From NCBI GenBank assembly GCA_028711115.1, contig JAQTSV010000001.1:1240928-1304927 (forward strand): a stretch of DNA of 64,000 nt, given 5' to 3'. The notes under the pieces are model-generated. The model did no database searches. It was not told where the DNA came from and saw only the letters and a program-made list of their open reading frames with translations. The DNA is from Candidatus Omnitrophota bacterium. GTDB taxonomy: Bacteria; Omnitrophota; Gorgyraeia; Velamenicoccales; JABMQK01. The position numbers and the translations under genes were made by a program. This document shows, piece after piece, positions 27,144 to 37,534 of the stretch; the stretch's first letter is position 1; every line of letters begins with the position of its first letter.

Positions 27144-27953
27144 TTATTTTTTTATGAGTTCCCGGACTACAGTTCGATATTTTGAATCCCTTTCAACCTT
27201 TGTAGGAAAATTCTGTGTAAAAAACATTATCAGATCCTGTATTCTTTCTTCCCTTTGATCCATTGCCGACCTATCGCCTTTAAATTTATTTTCAAACTCT
27301 AATTGAAGGAAATTAATTTCTTTTTTACGGGCATCATTTATTAGGTTAAAACTACATTTATCTAGGGAAATCTCAAAATAAAGTTTGCCGTCCTCTTTTA
27401 AAGAAAAACGGCTCCTTTTCTGTTGCCCGTATATTAGAGGAGACAATGACTTTGTATCTATTTTGTTTTCCTCTAAGAATTTTCTGAATTCCTTTATGGT
27501 TCTTAAATCGTAGTTACTGGAAAAGGCCTCCGACCAATTACCGCTAAGGATTTTAAGCGCCATTTCCTCGGGAATAACATCGTCTATCTCAGTGCGCTGA
27601 AAATCTTGTTTATTGTTTACATCATATTCTTTCTTAAACTGTAGGCCGTATTCAAGACTGCCGCTACCTTTATCCCTTACTCTAAACCTATACAAATAAC
27701 CTAAATTAAATATGGCTAAATCGGGCGTATCATAGTAATAATCCTGGTACGAATATTCACCTATATGCTTTATTTTATATGTTAAGATGTATTTGAAATT
27801 CCTGACATAATCAAAAACCAATTCATTCTGCACATCTAATTTAATCTGTTCTTCTGATATTACCGCCTCCGCATCGCTATAGACTAAAGAAGAAAAAACT
27901 ACTGCTATAATTATATTTAGTATAAGATAAATCTTTTTAGGAGCTTTATACAT
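27144..27953 (-). CDS. Exported CYTH-like (triphosphate tunnel) domain protein
   Basis: Signal or anchor segment KIYLILNIIIAVVFSSLVYSDAEA. CYTH-like strands QDYYYDTPDLAIFNLGYLYRFRVRD, LQFKKE, RTEIDD, FEISLDKC, FLQLEFE. The N-terminal signature reads EEQIK rather than ExExK. Confidence 0.45.
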   Translation of the reverse strand: MYKAPKKIYLILNIIIAVVFSSLVYSDAEAVISEEQIKLDVQNELVFDYVRNFKYILTYKIKHIGEYSYQDYYYDTPDLAIFNLGYLYRFRVRDKGSGSLEYGLQFKKEYDVNNKQDFQRTEIDDVIPEEMALKILSGNWSEAFSSNYDLRTIKEFRKFLEENKIDTKSLSPLIYGQQKRSRFSLKEDGKLYFEISLDKCSFNLINDARKKEINFLQLEFENKFKGDRSAMDQREERIQDLIMFFTQNFPTKVERDSKYRTVVRELIKK

Positions 27954-28617
27954 CTTTCTTCCTTCTGATCCTGAATTTTATAAATTCACCGAGTAAATCA
28001 ACAGAGCCTAATAAAAACGCAACAATTATCAGTGTCAATATTTTTGCATCAATTATCTCGCGTTCCGCCAGAAACTCACTTTTTAAATGGAAGGCAATTA
28101 CCATAACTATAACCCAGATAAATAATTTATATTCCTGGCTGTGGATTAACCGCCTGAAACTGAAAGGCCACTTTTCTCCTTCTTGATAAGGTAAAAATGC
28201 AGGTATCATCGCCGCAATCTTTCTTTTATAGTTAATATATAACTCGCCGAACTTTTTCTCAAGCATATCCTCTTCTTTCTTTATCGTTCTGCGGTATATT
28301 ATTGCCATTAAGATTATAAACATTACTCCTACAAGATAAATCTTTAGCATAATTATAAATCCTGCAATTACAAACATCGTGCCTAAATAAAGCGGATGCC
28401 TCACAAATGCATAAGGTCCGGATGTGGTAAGTTTTTCCATCTTTATGGCATAGCCGTTTGCCCATACCCGGATGAACAATCCGGTTAAAATAAACCAGAT
28501 ACCAAACCTTATCGATTCATCGTCGGGCGTAGCAAATAATACGATAAATAAACCAAAAGGATATAAAATTGCAAAACGTAATTTAAGTATCCGCCTCATC
28601 CTGTCTTTAATGTTCAC
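27946..28617 (-). CDS. Isoprenylcysteine carboxyl / phospholipid methyltransferase family membrane protein
   Basis: LTTSGPYAFVRHPLYLG...EEDMLEKKFGELY is characteristic of ICMT/PEMT enzymes. There is an 8-nt overlap with the CYTH-like gene. Confidence 0.7.
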   Translation of the reverse strand: MNIKDRMRRILKLRFAILYPFGLFIVLFATPDDESIRFGIWFILTGLFIRVWANGYAIKMEKLTTSGPYAFVRHPLYLGTMFVIAGFIIMLKIYLVGVMFIILMAIIYRRTIKKEEDMLEKKFGELYINYKRKIAAMIPAFLPYQEGEKWPFSFRRLIHSQEYKLFIWVIVMVIAFHLKSEFLAEREIIDAKILTLIIVAFLLGSVDLLGEFIKFRIRRKKDV

Positions 28618-28667
28618 TTCATTGCTCCTTTTTGTAAATAAATCTGCGTTTCATAGACCTTGGTTAT

Positions 28668-29939
28668 TTATTTGCCCCAGACAAACCAAACAAATAAATA
28701 GGCTGCGCTCACAGCTACCAGCGTAAACGGTAAGCCAATCTTTACAAAATCTTTGAATTTAACTTCGTATCCTTCTTTTTTAAGCAGACCACAGGCGACG
28801 ATATTCGCCGATGCGCCAATGGGAGTGACATTTCCTCCCAGGCTTGCGCCGATAAGCAAACCGAACAAAAACAAAGACGGATTTATCTGCAATTTAGCTG
28901 CCATAGAAATTGCTACCGGAAGCATGGCAGCCAGAAACGGCACATTGTCAATAAAGGCAGAAAGAAAAACCGAAATAAATACGACTAAAGTATAGCCTAA
29001 GAAGATATTCCCCTTTATCAATCCGGAAAGAAAATTAGAAATCACTTCAATCCAGCCTGTGAGGGTAATGCTTCCCACAACTATAAATATTCCCATAAGA
29101 AAAAACGTGGTCTGCCAATCCAGAGACTTTATCCCTTTTATGATAGAACTCTTATTAACAAATTTCTCCCAAATTATGGAAATTATGCCGAATATCATGC
29201 AAAGCACTCCCGCCATGTATGAAAAACCCGTATCAAAAAATGAAGAAGCGGCTAAGGCAAAAATTAAGACCACCAATATAATTGTAGGTACCCACGATTT
29301 TATTTTATCAATTTCTGAAATTATGACTTTTTCTTTATGATTTCTGAATACGAAATATAAAACTATAAATGAAGCCAGCGCTCCTAATTCCACCGCAAAG
29401 AATATGCTCGGCCTGCCCTTGTAAAAGAAAAAATCCCAGAAATTCATCTTGGCAAAACCGCCCAATAACATACTGGGAGGATCACCGATTAATGTAGCGG
29501 TACCCTGGATATTACTGGAAAGTGCAATGGCTATCATCATATTCATGGGATTTATCTTTAATTTCTTGGCCAAGGATAAAGCAATGGGCGCGACAATTAA
29601 AACTGTTGCCACATTCTCCACAAATGCCGAAATAAATCCTGTCAATAAACAAATATACAATATCGCCCAGCCGGTATTTTTGGCTTTGTCTACTATCAAC
29701 TGCGCGATATAAGCCGGCACACGGCTTTCCATAAATATGTCGGCGATTATCAGTGTGCCCACGAAGATAGCCATAACATTCCAGTTGATTGATATAAACG
29801 CCTCCTTCAGTGTGATGGTTTTTGTAAAAATAAGCACAAGCGCTGACGCAACCGCAATCGGCGTTCTTTTGCTGGGAAGCAGCACAAACAGAACATAGGC
29901 ACAGATAAAAACCGCTAAAGCAAAAATATTGTGATTCAT
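28668..29939 (-). CDS. ArsB/NhaD-superfamily (CitMHS-like) anion permease
   Basis: 423 aa, polytopic, with internal repeat-like halves and GDPPSMLLG and GGNVTPIGASAN motifs. Confidence 0.65.
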   Translation of the reverse strand: MNHNIFALAVFICAYVLFVLLPSKRTPIAVASALVLIFTKTITLKEAFISINWNVMAIFVGTLIIADIFMESRVPAYIAQLIVDKAKNTGWAILYICLLTGFISAFVENVATVLIVAPIALSLAKKLKINPMNMMIAIALSSNIQGTATLIGDPPSMLLGGFAKMNFWDFFFYKGRPSIFFAVELGALASFIVLYFVFRNHKEKVIISEIDKIKSWVPTIILVVLIFALAASSFFDTGFSYMAGVLCMIFGIISIIWEKFVNKSSIIKGIKSLDWQTTFFLMGIFIVVGSITLTGWIEVISNFLSGLIKGNIFLGYTLVVFISVFLSAFIDNVPFLAAMLPVAISMAAKLQINPSLFLFGLLIGASLGGNVTPIGASANIVACGLLKKEGYEVKFKDFVKIGLPFTLVAVSAAYLFVWFVWGK

Positions 29940-29940
29940 A

Positions 29941-31248
29941 TTATAGTTTGTTAATCTGGTTTAGAATCTTAAGAAAGTCCGGAAATGACTTGGAGATACA
30001 TTTTACATCATCGATTCTGCTGGGAGAATCGGCGCATAGCGCTGCGATTATCATACTCATGGCTGTGCGATGATCGCCAAAGCTTCTTAAATTGGCGCCT
30101 TTAAGAACATTCACTCCTTCTATTACAATAGTTTCCTTACCGGCCCTGGCTTGAGTCTTGATTTTTGCGCCCATTCTAGATAAATTCGAAACCATAGATT
30201 TTATCCTGTCTGTTTCTTTTACTTTTAATTCGCCTATACCTTCAAAAACGCTCCTTCCTTTTGCCAAAGAAGCGGCAACCATCAATATCGGCAACTCATC
30301 AATCAGGCTGGGGATTATGTCTTTTGCGACGACAATACCTTTAAGATTAGATGACTTTATAACTATATCGACCATCGGCTCAAAATAATTTTTTCTTTTA
30401 TAAATAATATTTATATCTGCGCCCATTTTCTTTAATGCATTGATTACGCCGCATCTGGAAGGATTAAGGCTTACATTATTTATTCTGATACAAGATTTTT
30501 TAAGCAGACACGCCAAAACCATAAAGAATGACGCGCTGGAGATATCACCAGGTATATATATTTTCCTGGGCGATATTAATTCCGACGGACTAATAGAGAT
30601 ATTTTTTCCTTTTACATCTATATCCGCGCCGAATAATTTTAACATTCTCTCGGTATGGTCGCGCGATTTTACGGGTTCGTAAATTTTTGTCGTTCCCCTG
30701 GCATATAAACCTGCCAAAAGAACCGCAGATTTTACCTGCGCGCTGGCTATATACATCTTGAAATTTATCGGCCTAAGATTGGCTGGCGAAATCAAAATCG
30801 GCGGATATTCATCTCTGCCTTTCTTTCTTGCTTTTATGTCTGCGCCCATTAATCTCAGAGGCCTGATTACTCGCAGCATAGGTCTCTTAAACAGGGATTT
30901 TTCTCCGCTAAGCTTTGACTCAAAATTCTGGGTGCTCAAAAGCCCTATAAGCATCCTCATACTGGTTCCGGATTCGCCTAAATTTATCGCCTGTTTTGGT
31001 TCTTTAAGGCCGGAAAATCCTTGACCGTAAATAACAATGGTATCTTTGCCTTTTTTCTCAATCTTTACTCCCAAAGATTTAAAGGCACGCAATGTAGCCT
31101 GGCAATCTTCGGAAAGGCTGAAATTCTTGATTAAAGTCCTGCCTTTGGCTATAGAACCAAGAATAACCGCACGGTGAGAAATGGATTTATCTCCGCGGAG
31201 GTCTAAACAACCTTGAATTTTCCGGCAGGGTTTTATTAGGTATGACAT
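29941..31248 (-). CDS. aroA: 3-phosphoshikimate 1-carboxyvinyltransferase (EPSP synthase)
   Basis: LRGDKSISHRA, LGESGTSMR, DHRTAMS and the overall 435-aa length. Confidence 0.9.
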   Translation of the reverse strand: MSYLIKPCRKIQGCLDLRGDKSISHRAVILGSIAKGRTLIKNFSLSEDCQATLRAFKSLGVKIEKKGKDTIVIYGQGFSGLKEPKQAINLGESGTSMRMLIGLLSTQNFESKLSGEKSLFKRPMLRVIRPLRLMGADIKARKKGRDEYPPILISPANLRPINFKMYIASAQVKSAVLLAGLYARGTTKIYEPVKSRDHTERMLKLFGADIDVKGKNISISPSELISPRKIYIPGDISSASFFMVLACLLKKSCIRINNVSLNPSRCGVINALKKMGADINIIYKRKNYFEPMVDIVIKSSNLKGIVVAKDIIPSLIDELPILMVAASLAKGRSVFEGIGELKVKETDRIKSMVSNLSRMGAKIKTQARAGKETIVIEGVNVLKGANLRSFGDHRTAMSMIIAALCADSPSRIDDVKCISKSFPDFLKILNQINKL

Positions 31249-32027
31249 TAATTTATTCTCTTGGCGATATCGCCCTCGCCAACCTGATCTTTTTTAAAAC
31301 CTTTCAAAAAATCAGCGGCGCAGATTGTGTCATTTATTTTTTCCACACTTACTCTTCCCAAAGACACGCCTTTATGAAAAATCTCGAATATATCGCCTCT
31401 CTCCACGTTGTTGGGAAGGCCGGCGTTTAACACCAGAAATCCATATTCCTCATTGACTAAAAGCACCTCGGTGGAAAACGGCGGTTTCTTTTGTTTATTT
31501 TCCCTCACAGATGACTCGGGGCTAACCACAATCTTATCTAAATCCTCTGCACCATTATCTGAGGAAGACGATTCCGAGATTCTTTTCCTCAATTCATTCC
31601 GCTCAAGGATAACCGCATTCAAACGTTTCTGCAGACGTGCCAATTCTTCATTTTTGGCAAGCAGCGTCTCTTTGACATCTTTGGTTTCCTGCTGTATTCT
31701 AAAAAGTTCATTCTGCAGACTGTCTTCCTCGCCCATCAATACTTCTTTTGCCTGCGTCTCCATATCCAATCTTTCTTTCAGCTCGGCCACTATTTTATCA
31801 TTCTCATTAACCTTGTCTTCCAGAATAATCTTCTCCCTGTTCACATCTTCCAGCTGTTTCTGCAGGGCATCTTTTTCCTTCTTCAGAATATCCAACTGCT
31901 CTTCTGTTTCCTTGCGTGTCTTATTCTCATACTTATAAGAAATAAAATAAAATCCCGCCAACCCCAACGATATTACAGATATAAATATGATAAAAAAGAA
32001 TAAGGCCTGTGCTTTGTTATTGTTCAC
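31248..32027 (-). CDS. Membrane-anchored coiled-coil protein with a small C-terminal beta domain
   Basis: N-terminal TM, about 130 aa of heptad-like E/K/L-rich sequence, then ...GFLVLNAGLPNNVERGDIFEIF.... GTG start. No family recognised. Confidence 0.45.
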   Translation of the reverse strand: MNNNKAQALFFFIIFISVISLGLAGFYFISYKYENKTRKETEEQLDILKKEKDALQKQLEDVNREKIILEDKVNENDKIVAELKERLDMETQAKEVLMGEEDSLQNELFRIQQETKDVKETLLAKNEELARLQKRLNAVILERNELRKRISESSSSDNGAEDLDKIVVSPESSVRENKQKKPPFSTEVLLVNEEYGFLVLNAGLPNNVERGDIFEIFHKGVSLGRVSVEKINDTICAADFLKGFKKDQVGEGDIAKRIN

Positions 32028-32165
32028 TATTTATGTCCTTTAATAAGTAATCCGCGCAGAAAATTATTACTCTGATTATATCATAAGATTGGCAAAATTC
32101 AATGTTCAATCCGAATGAATTCGGATTGGAAAAATCATCTAAATGCAATTTATTGGCTGCGGCGA

Positions 32166-33113
32166 TCAAACTTCTGTCTGGCCAATGGCGCTGCTCATTT
32201 GCGAAGGCAGTGAAGACGTAAATTCCAAGAATTGTTTTTTTTGAGGATGGTAAAACCCTAAATCTTTGGCGTGTAGTGCTAATCGCGGAAATTCACTTTT
32301 ATTACCGTATTTGGTATCGCCGAGTATGGGATGCTTTAAGTAGGCTAAGTGGACTCTTAACTGGTGTGTACGCCCGGTCTTGGGTATCAACTCCAAAAGC
32401 GTAAAATCCTCGAACCTCTTTATTATCCTATAAAATGTCTGGGCCTTTTTTGCCTGCGGGCTAAATGACACTGCCATCTCTTTTCTCTTGAAAGGGTGCC
32501 TGGAAATCGACAGGTCAATTATGCCTTCCTTAAACTCGACTTTCCCTTTTACCAAGGCAATATAACGGCGATTGATAGAATGTGTCTTGAACTGTTTAAC
32601 CAATTCCAAATGCGTGAAATTATTCTTGGCAACAACCATAATACCTGATGTCTCTTTGTCTAATCTGTGGACTATACCGGGACGCTGAGGATTAATATCC
32701 GATAATTCCTTGGTATGATGCAGGAGTGCATTGACCAGTGTGGACTCAGCATTGCCTGCGCCGGGATGCACAACCATTCCTGCCGGTTTATTTACTACCA
32801 ATAAATCCCTGTCTTCATAAATTATATCTAAAGGAATGTTTTCTGGACTTAAAGAAATTTCTTTTTTGGCAGGGATTTCTACTTCTATTTCGTCATTCGC
32901 CTTAAGGCAATAATGCGGTTTTATCTTCTTTCCATTTACTAAAATCCGCTCTTTGATAATGAGATCTTTGAGCGATGTGCGCGAATAATCCTTAAGCACA
33001 GAGGCCAAAAACACATCAATTCGTAAATTGGCTGATTCCTGGTCTACTTTGAAGTTTTTCTTTTCCACGTAAATATATAAAGCAGTAAGCCGGTTATAAA
33101 TAATGCGAGGCAA
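32166..33113 (-). CDS. rluD: RluA-family 23S rRNA pseudouridine synthase (RluD-like)
   Basis: S4 domain (RIDVFLASVL) and catalytic HRLDKETSGIMVVAKN. The annotated 5' end overlaps lgt by 70 nt, and a GTG at 33066 is an alternative start. Confidence 0.85.
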   Translation of the reverse strand: MPRIIYNRLTALYIYVEKKNFKVDQESANLRIDVFLASVLKDYSRTSLKDLIIKERILVNGKKIKPHYCLKANDEIEVEIPAKKEISLSPENIPLDIIYEDRDLLVVNKPAGMVVHPGAGNAESTLVNALLHHTKELSDINPQRPGIVHRLDKETSGIMVVAKNNFTHLELVKQFKTHSINRRYIALVKGKVEFKEGIIDLSISRHPFKRKEMAVSFSPQAKKAQTFYRIIKRFEDFTLLELIPKTGRTHQLRVHLAYLKHPILGDTKYGNKSEFPRLALHAKDLGFYHPQKKQFLEFTSSLPSQMSSAIGQTEV

Positions 33114-33784
33114 AAATACTGGAAGATTGTTAAGCCTAAGAATAATTTTGGCGAATCCGCCCTTATAAATTCAATAAAAAACCTGCCCGTTGAATAATAA
33201 AGAAGATAACTAAATAAAATCGTTCCTGTTTTATGGGATTTGGTTTGTTTGAATCTCAATATTATATATAAAATTAATAATAAAAATGATGAAATCAGCT
33301 GAGAAGGAATTAAAATAGCGTTGTGTACCGGAAAATAAATTCCGAATTTATCAGAAGCTATGCCGTAGCAACAACCGTTGAAGAAACATCCGATTCTTCC
33401 GATAGACTGGCCCAAAGCCACGTAAGGAACAACTAAATCTAAAATTTTTAGAAGAGGAATTTTTCTGCGTTTCGCAAATATAAATGCGGCAACTAAACCT
33501 AGGAATATTCCTCCTAATATCGCCAATCCACCGTGATGCAGCATAAAAATTTCCTTCGGGTGCTTTAGATAAAAATCCAAATTAAGCAATATGTATAAAA
33601 TCCGCGCTCCGATGATGCCGGAAAATAAAATTGTAACCCCTAAATCAAACATCGTATCCTTATTATAACCCAACCTGGCTGCCTCTTTGACAAACAAGCT
33701 CAAAGATACAATGACTGCAATAAACAGAATAAAACCGTAGGAATAAATTGTAATTGGCCCAAATTCAAATAATATAGGATGCAT
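33044..33784 (-). CDS. lgt: Prolipoprotein diacylglyceryl transferase
   Basis: IYSYGFILFIAV..., GGLAILGGI and GRIGCFFNGCCYG motifs. Confidence 0.85.
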   Translation of the reverse strand: MHPILFEFGPITIYSYGFILFIAVIVSLSLFVKEAARLGYNKDTMFDLGVTILFSGIIGARILYILLNLDFYLKHPKEIFMLHHGGLAILGGIFLGLVAAFIFAKRRKIPLLKILDLVVPYVALGQSIGRIGCFFNGCCYGIASDKFGIYFPVHNAILIPSQLISSFLLLILYIILRFKQTKSHKTGTILFSYLLYYSTGRFFIEFIRADSPKLFLGLTIFQYFCLALFITGLLLYIFTWKRKTSK

Positions 33785-33789
33785 AATTC

Positions 33790-34296
33790 TTATGTCTTTT
33801 GCGATTTATGGGATATAAATAAACTCCAGAATAAAATCACTGCCCCCACAGTAATAAAAGAATCCGCCAGATTAAACACCGGCCAGATACGAAAGTCTAA
33901 AAAATCCACAACATATCCTAGATGCAGACGATCTATCATATTGCCGATAGCGCCGCCTAAAATAAAACCGATGGCCATCTTTCTTATAAATAGCGTCTTT
34001 CTGCTCAAAGACTGTCCCTGAGACAAAAAATCTTTTTTCAGAGAATAAATAATTAAGATAAGGCCTATTATAGTGGCTATCAAAATTATACCGGAGCTGC
34101 CTTTTAATATACCAAAGGCGATACCAGTATTATAAACCAAAGTCAGATGAAAAAAGTTTTTAATTACGGGTATAGAATTATTAAGCGTGAGGATACGGGA
34201 AAATAAAACCTTGGTAAGCTGGTCAATTATTATAACCAGTATAGATATTAAGACGATCACACTGTCTTTTCTCTTGATTCTTGGCACTTGATACAC
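33790..34296 (-). CDS. lspA: Lipoprotein signal peptidase II
   Basis: 4 TM, with NTGIAFG, GGAIGNMIDR and VVDFLDF motifs. The 5' end overlaps the dksA-like gene, so the start is uncertain. Confidence 0.85.
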   Translation of the reverse strand: MYQVPRIKRKDSVIVLISILVIIIDQLTKVLFSRILTLNNSIPVIKNFFHLTLVYNTGIAFGILKGSSGIILIATIIGLILIIYSLKKDFLSQGQSLSRKTLFIRKMAIGFILGGAIGNMIDRLHLGYVVDFLDFRIWPVFNLADSFITVGAVILFWSLFISHKSQKT

Positions 34297-34646
34297 AATT
34301 TGGCATACGGAACGGCTTTTAGCCTGGTTTTGGAAATGGGCTTATTACACTCTTCGCAAAGACCAAAACTGCCATCTTTAATTTTATTCAATGCCGCATC
34401 TATGGCAATCAATATATCCCTCTCATTGCCAGCCAGACCCAGACTAAACTCGCGGTCATAATTGTCTGTAGCTACATCTGCCATGTGCAGAGAATATCCG
34501 GAAATATCCCCGGAGGCTTCTTTCTGCGATTGCTTTAAAGTATCGGAAGAAATATGATTAATCTCTTCATTGGCTTCTTCTTTCCTTTTAATAAGTAATT
34601 TCTTGAATTCTGCCACTGTCTTTTTATCGAATTTATTCTTCTTCAC
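34257..34646 (-). CDS. DksA/TraR-family C4 zinc-finger protein
   Basis: A coiled-coil region followed by CEECNKPISKTRLKAVPYAKLCIKCQ. Confidence 0.75.
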   Translation of the reverse strand: MKKNKFDKKTVAEFKKLLIKRKEEANEEINHISSDTLKQSQKEASGDISGYSLHMADVATDNYDREFSLGLAGNERDILIAIDAALNKIKDGSFGLCEECNKPISKTRLKAVPYAKLCIKCQESREKTV

Positions 34647-34739
34647 TATTGATTACCTCCCGAGAAACGATTTTCTGCTGCAATCTTAAAATAAACCTTT
34701 TGTAAAGTTAAAGAATTATATAATCAAATATATAAATAA

Positions 34740-37520
34740 TCAACTACTTTTTTCTATTGCTTCCACGCAGCGCAAACACACGGTTGCATGCGTCTTGTTA
34801 GCGCCGACTGTAGTGGAATAATTCCAGCAGCGTGCGCACTTCTGCCCTTCTGCGGATACAACCTCGATTTTATTTTGGCCGTCTTTTATCCGATTTAATT
34901 GGACCTGCGAAACGATAAACAAAAAAGGCAAATCCTGCGCATATTTATTAAATACATGGTATAGATTGTCGTCAAGGCTTAAAATCAATTTTGCCTCCAG
35001 GCTAGAGCCAATCTTTCCTTTTGACCTTTCTTCCTCTAGACGCTTAAGGATAGAATCTCTCAAATCATAAATCTTCTTAGATTCTTCTGCTAAGGCCGCG
35101 TTATGGTATTCTTTAATTTGTTTCGGCCAATCTAATAGATGCACGCTCTTAGTATTTTGCTCTTCTTTTCTTTTCGGCATATTCAGCCAAATTTCCTCGG
35201 CAGTGAAAGATAAAATAGGGGCGATCCAGCGAAGAACGCTATCTAAAATTTCAAAAATTACTGTTTGTGCGGCCCTGCGGGAAAGAGAATTCTTTCCATG
35301 TGTATATAACCTGTCTTTTAGGATATCCAAATAAAATGAAGAAATCTCATTATTACAGAATTCATAAATATTCTTGTAGGCCTTATGAAATACATACTTT
35401 TCTTCCTTGCTGTCGTAAGCATTGGTGATGATAATCTTATACTCCTCCAACAGATGCAGCATATATTTATCTACAAAATTTAAATCTTTGTATGCGACGC
35501 TATCTCTGTCCGGGGAAAAATCATAGAGATTACCTAAAATAAAGCGCGCGGTATTTCTGATTTTACGATAAGCTTCGACCAGCCTGGCAATAATTTCGGC
35601 GGAAATCCTTACGTCATCGTTATAATTGCTGGAGGCTACCCACAGCCTTAAGATATCTGCGCCGTATTGATTGTATATTTCCTGCGGAGAGATGACATTG
35701 CCCTGGGATTTAGACATCTTTTTGCCTTCGCCGTCGACGACAAAACCGTGCGTCAACACTTCTTTAAAAGGAGCCCTGCCGTCTATGGCCATAGAAGGAA
35801 TTAAGGAAGTCTGAAACCAGCCTCTGTGCTGGTCAGAGCCTTCAAGATACATATCTGCCGGTAGGCTTAAATCCGGATTATCCCGCAATACCGCCTGATG
35901 GCTGACTCCGGAATCAAACCAAACATCGAGAATGTCCTGAGACTTCTCAAAATCGGACGAACCGCAGCCTTTATGTTTAAAACCTCTGGGCAAAAGTTCT
36001 TTTGCATCTTTTGTAAACCAGATGTCACTGCCTTCCTTCTCTATCATTTTGGCAAAGTGCTCCACAAATTCATAGTCCAAGAACTGCTCATTGCATTTTT
36101 TACAAATCAAAGCCGGAATAGGCACGCCCCAATATCTCTGCCGCGACAGACACCAGTCAGGACGCAGCTTTACCATACCGGAAATTCTCTCTTTGCCCGA
36201 AGAAGGAATCCACTCCACATTATTTTCTATTTCAGAAATTAATCTCTCACGCAGATTATCTTTATCCACGGACATAAACCACTGTTTTGTCGCCCTGAAT
36301 ATAATGGGATTTTTACAGCGCCAGCAATGCGGATAAGAATGAGTTATTTTTGTATTATATAAAAGCAAACCCAGCTCTTTTAATTTGGAAATTATGTTTT
36401 GATTTGCTTGAAACACATGCTGGCCGCAATAATCCTTAATGCTTTCGTCAAATTTTCCTCTCTCATCCACCGGCATAACTGTAGGCAATTTATATTCTGC
36501 GCCGACCTGGTAATCTTCCTGGCCGTGCCCCGGAGCAATGTGGACGCAACCTACACCTTCATCCAGTGAAACATATTTAGCCAAAACTACTTTGCCTTTT
36601 CTGTAACCGAATGGATGTTCATAAGCCAATCCTAATAAATCTCTCCCTTTAAACTCTTTTATTATCTGCACATCTTTTAAAGAAAGCAATTCGAATAAAG
36701 GAGCTGCTAATTTCTTTGCCAAAATTAATTTGCCTAACTTTGTCTTTGCGAATATGTAATCAAAATCCGGATGCACTGCCACCGCCACATTGGAAATCAG
36801 TGTCCAAGGCGTGGTTGTCCAGATAACTACGTATGTATCATCGTCTATATTTATAGATTTATTTTCTGAACCGATAAGTCTAAACTTCACAAATATCGAT
36901 TCTGATTCGTGGTCTTCATACTCGACCTCTGCCTCGGCCAAGGCTGTCTCGCATTTAAAACACCAGTTAACCGGTTTTAATCCGTGATAAATATAACCCT
37001 TTTTGATCAGCTGGGCAAAAGACCAGACGATCTTCGCTTCATATTTGGAATCCAAAGTAAGATAAGGATTCTGCCATTCTCCGAAAATTCCCAGCCGCTT
37101 AAATTCCTCCTTCTGGATTTCCACATATTTCATCGCATATTTAAATGCCTTCTTGCGGAAACTTACGCGGTCGATCTCGTCCTTGGTAATATTAAGCTCT
37201 TTAAATAACTGGTGTTCTACGGGAAGACCGTGGCAATCCCAGCCGGGGATGTAGGGCGAATCAAATCCCTGCATCGTCTTAAACCGTACCACAATGTCTT
37301 TTAAGATTTTGTTTAATGCGTGGCCGATATGAATATTTCCATTGGCATAGGGAGGACCGTCGTGCAAAATGAATTTCTGCTTTCCTTTTCTTACTTCCCT
37401 TATCCTCTGATAAATCTGATTGTCCTGCCAAAATTTAATTGTCTGCGGCTCTTTTAAAGACAAAGAGGCTTTCATCGCAAATTCTGTCTTCGGCAGATTT
37501 AATGTATTTTTATAATCCAT
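34740..37520 (-). CDS. ileS: Isoleucine--tRNA ligase
   Basis: HIGH region PYANGNIHIGH, KMSKS, and C-terminal zinc-binding cysteines CARCW...CLRC. I set the start to MDYKNTLNLPKT (ATG 37518-37520). The upstream 39 codons in the track overlap mtnP. Confidence 0.95.
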   Translation of the reverse strand: MDYKNTLNLPKTEFAMKASLSLKEPQTIKFWQDNQIYQRIREVRKGKQKFILHDGPPYANGNIHIGHALNKILKDIVVRFKTMQGFDSPYIPGWDCHGLPVEHQLFKELNITKDEIDRVSFRKKAFKYAMKYVEIQKEEFKRLGIFGEWQNPYLTLDSKYEAKIVWSFAQLIKKGYIYHGLKPVNWCFKCETALAEAEVEYEDHESESIFVKFRLIGSENKSINIDDDTYVVIWTTTPWTLISNVAVAVHPDFDYIFAKTKLGKLILAKKLAAPLFELLSLKDVQIIKEFKGRDLLGLAYEHPFGYRKGKVVLAKYVSLDEGVGCVHIAPGHGQEDYQVGAEYKLPTVMPVDERGKFDESIKDYCGQHVFQANQNIISKLKELGLLLYNTKITHSYPHCWRCKNPIIFRATKQWFMSVDKDNLRERLISEIENNVEWIPSSGKERISGMVKLRPDWCLSRQRYWGVPIPALICKKCNEQFLDYEFVEHFAKMIEKEGSDIWFTKDAKELLPRGFKHKGCGSSDFEKSQDILDVWFDSGVSHQAVLRDNPDLSLPADMYLEGSDQHRGWFQTSLIPSMAIDGRAPFKEVLTHGFVVDGEGKKMSKSQGNVISPQEIYNQYGADILRLWVASSNYNDDVRISAEIIARLVEAYRKIRNTARFILGNLYDFSPDRDSVAYKDLNFVDKYMLHLLEEYKIIITNAYDSKEEKYVFHKAYKNIYEFCNNEISSFYLDILKDRLYTHGKNSLSRRAAQTVIFEILDSVLRWIAPILSFTAEEIWLNMPKRKEEQNTKSVHLLDWPKQIKEYHNAALAEESKKIYDLRDSILKRLEEERSKGKIGSSLEAKLILSLDDNLYHVFNKYAQDLPFLFIVSQVQLNRIKDGQNKIEVVSAEGQKCARCWNYSTTVGANKTHATVCLRCVEAIEKSS

Positions 37521-37534
37521 AGTCGATACGCTAT

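Noticed and set aside
31408-31938. A 176-aa Ser/Leu/Phe-rich plus-strand ORF.
   Set aside because: It is the antisense reading of the E/K/L-rich coiled-coil gene at 31248-32027. The compositional mirror image explains the open frame.
32108-32129. A near-perfect hairpin, caatccgaat-ga-attcggattg, after rluD, considered as an intrinsic terminator.
   Set aside because: On the transcribed minus strand the T-run precedes rather than follows the stem, so it does not fit the canonical terminator architecture. It is left unclassified.
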